In this document: positions 58,286 through 64,000 of the stretch, piece after piece | How positions within the stretch are numbered: position 1 is the stretch's first letter | How the letters are laid out: each line of letters opens with the position of its first letter | Virus record (IMG/VR): IMGVR_UViG_3300005330_000014 | Coordinates: 128,001 to 192,000 of that record | DNA from: a virus | Taxonomy: Duplodnaviria; Caudoviricetes | DNA: 64,000 nt | Strand: one strand, 5' to 3' | The notes under the pieces: generated by a model | What the model was told of the DNA's origin: nothing | Databases searched by the model: none | The model's input: the letters and a program-made list of their open reading frames with translations, nothing else | Program-made: the position numbers and the translations under genes

Positions 58286-58577
58286 AAAATTGCCTCAAAT
58301 TAAAAATCCTGAAAATTTTATTGGTTATAAAATCGGTAAATTAGAAGTAATAGGATTTGATAGATTAGAATGGTTTGATTCTATTGGTAGAAGAGAGAAA
58401 AAATTAAAAAATTATATAAATGGACTAGACAGGGTAGATTCTTCTAAGGGTTACATAAAAGATAATGTTGTAACATGTTGCGAAAATTGTAATAGAGCAA
58501 AATTAGATTTAACACAACAAGAATTTTTTGCAATGATTAAAAGTATATATGAAAATCATAATTTATCTACGAAATGA
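58275..58577 (+). CDS. Short HNH endonuclease-like protein, possibly a homing-endonuclease remnant
   Basis: GLDRVDSSKGYIKDNVVTCCENCN. Confidence 0.7.
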   Translation: MSHKKLPQIKNPENFIGYKIGKLEVIGFDRLEWFDSIGRREKKLKNYINGLDRVDSSKGYIKDNVVTCCENCNRAKLDLTQQEFFAMIKSIYENHNLSTK

Positions 58578-58655
58578 TTAGCAATATTCTATATCTTTTA
58601 GGTTCGATTTTCTTTGCGGCGGGCACAATTATTAACATGTTAAAAAATTAAAACT

Positions 58656-58901
58656 ATGGGTGAAAATAATGACTTAACTGAAAAAGAACCCCCAACAAAT
58701 ACTTACACAACGACTTGGAATTACCGTCCTGATTTAGTGGCGGGTCTGAAAGAAATGAATAAATATTATATGACATTTTCTACTGTTTCCACTGCATACC
58801 ATGATGCTGGAGTTTCTCTTGAATCCGTTCATTCTAAAAAAATCAAATCTCACAATCACCCATTAACAAATATGTTTGTAATTGAATCGGCCAAATCATG
58901 A
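58656..58901 (+). CDS. Hypothetical protein ending in HNHPLTNMF
   Basis: Motif at 58851-58877. Confidence 0.6.
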   Translation: MGENNDLTEKEPPTNTYTTTWNYRPDLVAGLKEMNKYYMTFSTVSTAYHDAGVSLESVHSKKIKSHNHPLTNMFVIESAKS

Positions 58902-59500
58902 ATATTATAGTAAATAAAGACAAGAATATTGCCGCTGACCCTCTTTTAAATAAACCGGAATTAATTTATGTAAGGGATTTCAATGAAGATTCCTATAAAA
59001 AACTAAAAGAAGATTTTAGTAAAGCGATAAATGCTGAATTTGATGTTATTCCAGTAATTATAGATTCATATGGCGGCACTGTCGATAGTTTACTCGGAAT
59101 GATATCTATTTTTAGAAATTCTCCTATTCCGGTGGCTACTATACTAGAAAGTAAAGCAATGTCTTGTGGTATTATTTTATTCTCATGTGGAACGCCCGGC
59201 TACCGTTATATGTCTGATTTAGCTAGTATAATGATACATGAAGTTAGTAACTTTTCTCATGGTAAAATTGAAGATATGAAAGTATCTGTTGAGTATGGAA
59301 CTTTACTAAATAATAAGATTTTTTCTATATTGGACAAAAATTGCAAACAGCCGCCCGGATTCTTTCAAAAAGAAATGCATAAACGAAAAAATACTGATTG
59401 GTTTTTAGGAGCGGCGGAAGCAAAAAAACTAGGTATTGCCGACCACATTAAAATCCCAAATTTCACAGTATCAGTAAGTCAAAAATGCGTATTAAATTAA
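58898..59500 (+). CDS. clpP: ClpP-like serine protease
   Basis: IDSYGG, AMSCG (Ser), IMIHE (His), DWFLGAAEAKKLGIADHI. Confidence 0.85.
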   Translation: MNIIVNKDKNIAADPLLNKPELIYVRDFNEDSYKKLKEDFSKAINAEFDVIPVIIDSYGGTVDSLLGMISIFRNSPIPVATILESKAMSCGIILFSCGTPGYRYMSDLASIMIHEVSNFSHGKIEDMKVSVEYGTLLNNKIFSILDKNCKQPPGFFQKEMHKRKNTDWFLGAAEAKKLGIADHIKIPNFTVSVSQKCVLN

Positions 59501-59509
59501 TTTTAAATT

Positions 59510-59716
59510 ATGAATAAATCTTATAGATTCTTTTATCATTTTCGTAAATCCACGCGTGGCATGACTGTGCATTTTAAAAATACCTGCCTCTCCTGCAAAA
59601 ACGTAGTTTGTAAAACTGAATGTTCTACTAAATGGAATTCCCGGCAACCTAGATTGGTTATGCAAGGATTTGCTAAAAAAGTTACTGTAGAAAATGATAT
59701 AGCTTATATAGAATGA
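59510..59716 (+). CDS. Small conserved phage protein
   Basis: RFFYHF, TVHF, QPRLVMQG. Confidence 0.6.
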   Translation: MNKSYRFFYHFRKSTRGMTVHFKNTCLSCKNVVCKTECSTKWNSRQPRLVMQGFAKKVTVENDIAYIE

Positions 59717-60183
59717 GTAGTCTAACTTTATTAGTTGGGTCCATAGCGTCAGGAAAATCAACTTATATATCTCAAAATATAAACGAAAACGTTTTAGTAA
59801 TTAATGACGACGCTATCGTTAATGCTCTACACGGTAATTTTTATAGATTTTACAACAAAAAACTTAAACCTTTATACAAATCTATTGAAAATTTGGCTAT
59901 TAGTTGGGGGTTATCCGCCGGATTAGATGTTGTTATTGATCGACCAAATCTAAGTCCAGATACTAGACAAAGATATATTCAACTAGCCAAATCATTTGAT
60001 TGTAAAGATATCATTGCAGTAGTATTTCCGATGATAACTCCAGAAGAGGCCGCTCGCCGTCGCTTTAATTCAGACAATCGCGGACAAAATTATGAATATT
60101 GGCTTCGCGCGGCTCAAGATCAATTAAAATCATATAAAACGGTAGAATTAAATGAAGGATTTAGCGAAATAGTTAATCTATAA
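59713..60183 (+). CDS. P-loop kinase (AAA_33 / polynucleotide-kinase-like)
   Basis: GSIASGKST, VVIDRPNL...R. Confidence 0.8.
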   Translation: MSSLTLLVGSIASGKSTYISQNINENVLVINDDAIVNALHGNFYRFYNKKLKPLYKSIENLAISWGLSAGLDVVIDRPNLSPDTRQRYIQLAKSFDCKDIIAVVFPMITPEEAARRRFNSDNRGQNYEYWLRAAQDQLKSYKTVELNEGFSEIVNL

Positions 60184-60184
60184 C

Positions 60185-60595
60185 ATGAACCAAGAACAAC
60201 AAGAAGCTTTACAGCAAGATGTTAATGCTAAACGTCAAACCTTAACTGATGGATTACCTGAAGAAATTGAAAAACAATTCAAAGCAGTCGAAAAAGCAGT
60301 TAAAACATTAGTAGATGCCAAGGTAGTTTTTTACTTATTTCCTTTATTGCCGGATAATACAGGCAGACAGGGAACTTGGCAATGGAACTCCATCGGCGCA
60401 TTGGCTGAATATGATCAATCGGGGAATGTTACCGAAAATTGGAAACAAGTTACTAGTGATATGAATATCGGGTTAGTTTGCTCAGTATTTCATACTTTCG
60501 TTAATCAAAGTCAATATGCACAATTTTCTGAAAACGATAAGTTGCTTATGTACATGGAATGGTTAAAAGATAGTTTAAATTTAAAAAATGAGTAA
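60185..60595 (+). CDS. Hypothetical protein
   Basis: 136-aa ORF. Confidence 0.65.
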   Translation: MNQEQQEALQQDVNAKRQTLTDGLPEEIEKQFKAVEKAVKTLVDAKVVFYLFPLLPDNTGRQGTWQWNSIGALAEYDQSGNVTENWKQVTSDMNIGLVCSVFHTFVNQSQYAQFSENDKLLMYMEWLKDSLNLKNE

Positions 60596-61598
60596 ATATC
60601 TATCATATAAAGACGTTTGTTTAGTTCCTAAGTATTCGGAGTTAGAAAGCCGCGCGCTGGCCGATACTTCAGTGGACTTATGCGGATTTAGATTCAAGCT
60701 TCCATGTGTGCCCGCGAATATGGAGACGGTAATTGATCCTAAAATAGCTCATTTCTTAAGCGAGAATGGTTATTTCTATATAATGCACCGATTCAATATT
60801 GATGTTGATTTCGTACGTAAAGCACAAGATTGGAAATTGATTAGTATTAGCTGCGGAGTTAACTACAATCAGAAAGAAGCCGACTTATTAGGAGATGCTT
60901 ATGTTAATAACCGAAGAATCGACTTCATTACTATTGATGTGGCCCACGGCGATCACCTTAAAGTTAAACAGAAAATAGAATGGCTTAAGCAAGTTTTCCC
61001 AAAAACCAAGATTATTGCTGGTAATATAGCCACCCCACAAGCCGCGCGGCATTTAGTTAAATGGGGTGCGGACATAATTAAGGCCGGAATTGCGGGCGGA
61101 AGCATTTGCAGCACTCGTTATCAAACAGGTTTTCATATTCCTATGTTTAGTTGCATTAAGAATATTGATTATGATTTTCGCCCGGCTACTTATTCGTTTT
61201 ACGTAGGGTCTAATCCACATGGAATACCTAATCGAGCCGGAATAACTAATCAAATTAACACTCCTATTATTGCCGATGGTTCTATTTCTAACATTGGAGA
61301 TATTGCCAAAGCAATCAACGCCGGGGCCACTATGGTTATGTGCGGTAAATTATTTGCTGAATGTATAGATTCCCCGGCCAAAACAGTTAATGGTAAAAAG
61401 CAATATTACGGTTCTACCTCATTTGAGGCAAAGAAAACTAATTCCCATATTGAGGGACATTTATTAGAAATGGATTTTGGAGTAACCGTGCAAGAAAGAT
61501 TAAAAGAAATAGAAATGGCTCTCCAGTCTTCGATTTCCTACGCGGGCGGCAATAAAATTGAAGATTTAAGAAAAGTAGATTATATAGAGGTTAATTAA
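60588..61598 (+). CDS. guaC: GMP reductase
   Basis: PANMETVI, ITIDVAHG, IIAGNI, GIAGGSICSTR, IIADG, YYGS, LQSSISYAG. Confidence 0.9.
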   Translation: MSKYLSYKDVCLVPKYSELESRALADTSVDLCGFRFKLPCVPANMETVIDPKIAHFLSENGYFYIMHRFNIDVDFVRKAQDWKLISISCGVNYNQKEADLLGDAYVNNRRIDFITIDVAHGDHLKVKQKIEWLKQVFPKTKIIAGNIATPQAARHLVKWGADIIKAGIAGGSICSTRYQTGFHIPMFSCIKNIDYDFRPATYSFYVGSNPHGIPNRAGITNQINTPIIADGSISNIGDIAKAINAGATMVMCGKLFAECIDSPAKTVNGKKQYYGSTSFEAKKTNSHIEGHLLEMDFGVTVQERLKEIEMALQSSISYAGGNKIEDLRKVDYIEVN

Positions 61599-61602
61599 GT
61601 TA

Positions 61603-62028
61603 ATGTTTCAAATTTTTAACCCGTTTAAATCAGTCACAAGAAATAGTGAAGTTTTAATCACTACTTGGGGCATCGCGCCCACGCACCGAATGGAAGAAGT
61701 AATTAAAAATGTTAGCCACGCGGCCAAGGTTAAATTACTTGTTGGATTTAGTAAAGAAACACATGATTTAAAAAAACTGCATCAAACACTGATGTATTAT
61801 AAAAGGTTGGGCTGGATTGTTAAAGCCATGCCCGGCTTTCATGCTAAAATTTGGTTAATTAATAATGATTGTTGGGTAGGATCGGCGAACTGGTGCCCGA
61901 ATACTATTCATAATTACATGCATAGAACAAAAATAACCACGCGAATTAGAAATTTTACAAATCTTCATTGGAAAAATTCATATAATGTAAATGAAACGAC
62001 CAAACTTTGGTTGCTGGCACAAAAATAA
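61603..62028 (+). CDS. Single-domain phospholipase D superfamily protein (nuclease-like)
   Basis: FHAKIWL...WVGSANW = HxK...GSxN. Confidence 0.7.
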   Translation: MFQIFNPFKSVTRNSEVLITTWGIAPTHRMEEVIKNVSHAAKVKLLVGFSKETHDLKKLHQTLMYYKRLGWIVKAMPGFHAKIWLINNDCWVGSANWCPNTIHNYMHRTKITTRIRNFTNLHWKNSYNVNETTKLWLLAQK

Positions 62029-62037
62029 TCCTAATTC

Positions 62038-62505
62038 ATGAATAAACTAACTTTAGAAGAATATCAAAGTCTATACTCTGATAAAATAACAAAAGGAGAA
62101 TACGACAGAATCATAGATAAAATAGATAAGAGATTTCTCTATATTATGGAAACTATCTGCACTAGACTTAACTGGTATGATTATGATAACGGCTGGAAAG
62201 AAACTAACGGTCATTTTGAACCAAATAAGTATCATGCTAATAGAAATTCCTATATTAATTTTGACGGAGAATATACGCTGCCTCCGCCCTATAATACCTG
62301 CCCAGACATTCCAATTAAATGGCTATGGGAGGATTTTGAAGAAAACTTTAAGAAAGAAGTATCTGATTTTAAAACCCAAAAAGAGCATGAAAAGATTAAA
62401 CTAAAAAATCAAAGGATAGAATTAAAAGCTAAAAAAGTTGCGATGAAACGATTGATTCAATCCAAGCTTTCAAAAGAAGAATTAAAGTTTATAAAATTCA
62501 AATAG
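62038..62505 (+). CDS. Hypothetical protein
   Basis: 155-aa ORF. Confidence 0.65.
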   Translation: MNKLTLEEYQSLYSDKITKGEYDRIIDKIDKRFLYIMETICTRLNWYDYDNGWKETNGHFEPNKYHANRNSYINFDGEYTLPPPYNTCPDIPIKWLWEDFEENFKKEVSDFKTQKEHEKIKLKNQRIELKAKKVAMKRLIQSKLSKEELKFIKFK

Positions 62506-62507
62506 TT

Positions 62508-63194
62508 ATGAAAGCTAATTGGCAAGAGTTGCAAACTCAATTTTGGAAAGATGGGTATTGTATACTTGATAATTTAATTCCAAAGGATTTAGTAGAATAT
62601 TGGGCTGCAATTGCTTTGGATTTATCTACTAAACTAACTCGACAAGGGGTTAAAAAAATAGAAAAGCAATTTGATGCCGCCGATTTAGAAACACGCGACG
62701 CTGCTGGAATTTATAGTTTAGTTAGTATTCCGGGGTATGTTGCTTTTTGTGATTTTGAAAATTTAAAGATATATTATCAAAATTTAGCTAATTTTTTAAG
62801 TTTATTCACTGGATTAGATATTGTTTTAAGCGAAGATATAGAAAGTGCGGTAACTGTTATGGTTTATCCGCCTCCCGCCGGACAAATGACGGCACACTAC
62901 GATACAAACCCAATCACTGTATTATTATATTTAACTGACAATCAAGATGGTGGTACTGAATTATACCCACTAACTGCTCGCCGACCTACCACTTTAACTA
63001 CAATTGATGAATTTATTGCTGATCCAATTGTTATTCTACCAAAAGTTGGTCGCATAGTATTATTCCAAGGGCAAAAAATTTGGCATAAAGCATTACCTGT
63101 AACTAAAACTACAAAAATTAGTTCAGCATGGAATTATTATATTAAAGGAGAAAATTGGCGACCCAAAGGGGTGTCGGAAAGATTGTATAAATAA
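62508..63194 (+). CDS. 2-oxoglutarate/Fe(II)-dependent oxygenase
   Basis: HYD (HxD), TVLLYL, GGTEL, GRIVLF, WHKALPV. Confidence 0.85.
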   Translation: MKANWQELQTQFWKDGYCILDNLIPKDLVEYWAAIALDLSTKLTRQGVKKIEKQFDAADLETRDAAGIYSLVSIPGYVAFCDFENLKIYYQNLANFLSLFTGLDIVLSEDIESAVTVMVYPPPAGQMTAHYDTNPITVLLYLTDNQDGGTELYPLTARRPTTLTTIDEFIADPIVILPKVGRIVLFQGQKIWHKALPVTKTTKISSAWNYYIKGENWRPKGVSERLYK

Positions 63195-63195
63195 C

Positions 63196-63930
63196 ATGGA
63201 AGCAGAAGTATGGAAGTCTATTGATGGATATGAAGGTATTTATGAAATTTCTTCATTTGGTAATGTAAGAAGCTATGCTCGTGAAACTGTATGCTTAATT
63301 AAGCCTAGGATTAACCAAGGTTATTTTATTTTAGGCTTATGGAATAAAGGCAAATGTAAAACCTCTAAAATCCATAGGTTAGTAGCATTACACTTTATTG
63401 AAAACCCCGACAACAAACCTCAAGTAAATCATATCGACGGCAATAAACTAAATAATCATTTAGATAATTTGGAATGGGTAACACCACAAGAAAATAGTGC
63501 CCATGCCTCAAAATTAAAATTAGTAGCTTACGGCACTAGAAATGCAGCAGCAAAAATAACTGACGAAGATGTTGTTAGTATTAGAAAAATGTATGATTCC
63601 GGGGAATTTACCCAAAATCAACTATCAAATAAGTTCAATCTATCACAAGGAATTATAGGGAAAATTATTAATGGTCTGTTATGGGAGCACGTTCCATATA
63701 GCGGAGAACGTTCATTAGAACGGATTAGCTGTAATCAATCTAATTATACTAGAAATTTACGCGGAGATAATAACTATTGGTCTAAAATCACAGAATCCCA
63801 AGTTAAAGAAATAAGAGAAATGTATAATAATGGGGATATGACTTACAAACAGATAGCAGATTTATACGGCGTTACCCCTCAAAATATTCGTTCTATTATT
63901 ATTAGAAAAACATGGAAAAATCTAGAATGA
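63196..63930 (+). CDS. NUMOD4-HNH homing endonuclease with two C-terminal HTH repeats
   Basis: WKSIDGYEGIYEISSFGNVRS, HRLVA, VNHIDGNKLNN..NLEW; KITDEDV.. / KITESQV.. repeats. Confidence 0.92.
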   Translation: MEAEVWKSIDGYEGIYEISSFGNVRSYARETVCLIKPRINQGYFILGLWNKGKCKTSKIHRLVALHFIENPDNKPQVNHIDGNKLNNHLDNLEWVTPQENSAHASKLKLVAYGTRNAAAKITDEDVVSIRKMYDSGEFTQNQLSNKFNLSQGIIGKIINGLLWEHVPYSGERSLERISCNQSNYTRNLRGDNNYWSKITESQVKEIREMYNNGDMTYKQIADLYGVTPQNIRSIIIRKTWKNLE

Positions 63931-64000
63931 AAGAATACAATCTCAAAATACCTGAAAACACTGATTCCCGCCGCCGCGCGCCCGTCGGTAAAATTACCTT

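Larger units (their letters stand above)
8763..61049. repeat. Dispersed palindrome CCGCGCGG (at least 18 copies)
   Basis: Exact copies start at 8763, 10006, 21769, 25882, 28906, 31214, 32550, 33447, 35489, 37141, 41192, 42847, 46080, 48738, 48994, 55322, 56191, 61042. Confidence 0.9.

Noticed and set aside
122-62404. Short ORFs overlapping or antisense to long genes (e.g. 122-325, 3224-3424, 8311-8544, 22057-22434, 29793-30053, 38957-39196, 54027-54245, 62177-62404)
   Set aside because: They lie within well-supported genes, carry no motifs, and are expected shadow ORFs
63196-63930. Tandem HTH repeats in the HNH protein as a novel architecture
   Set aside because: NUMOD4-HNH with C-terminal HTH repeats is an ordinary free-standing homing endonuclease layout
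1-64000. CRISPR array, IS element, integrase or rRNA
   Set aside because: No regularly spaced direct repeats, transposase or recombinase motifs, or rRNA signatures seen; CCGCGCGG copies are irregularly spaced and mostly inside genes
1-64000. Alternative genetic code (stop-codon recoding)
   Set aside because: Conserved enzymes are full length and coding density is high under the standard code

Overview
AT-rich (roughly 30% GC by eye), densely coding segment of a large, probably lytic dsDNA phage genome in the standard genetic code; no structural genes, integrase, rRNA or CRISPR array were seen. 1-7.5 kb is a minus-strand block with an amidoligase flanked by four class II glutamine amidotransferase-like paralogs, driven by a conserved sigma70-like promoter. 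From 7.9 kb almost everything is on the plus strand: a phage sigma factor, nucleotide metabolism (dCMP deaminase, dUTPase, class II RNR, DHFR, GMP reductase, NUDIX, dNTP diphosphohydrolase-like), a ~13 kb glycosyltransferase-rich cluster, a replication module (RecA, DnaB, primase, DnaE, DEDD exonuclease), two DNA methyltransferases, one tRNA(CAT), secreted or lipoprotein enzymes (trypsin-like, GH16, 3D domain) and many small hypothetical genes. The signals least explained by standard annotation are: (1) the palindrome CCGCGCGG at least 18 times, in all three reading frames and between genes; (2) a peptide motif HNHPLT[DN]MF shared by four otherwise unrelated small proteins; (3) two candidate structured ncRNAs at ~6.15-6.55 kb and ~7.64-7.79 kb; (4) three recurrent promoter-like motifs; (5) a frameshift-split glycosyltransferase. 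All family assignments come from motif recognition by eye, not from database searches.
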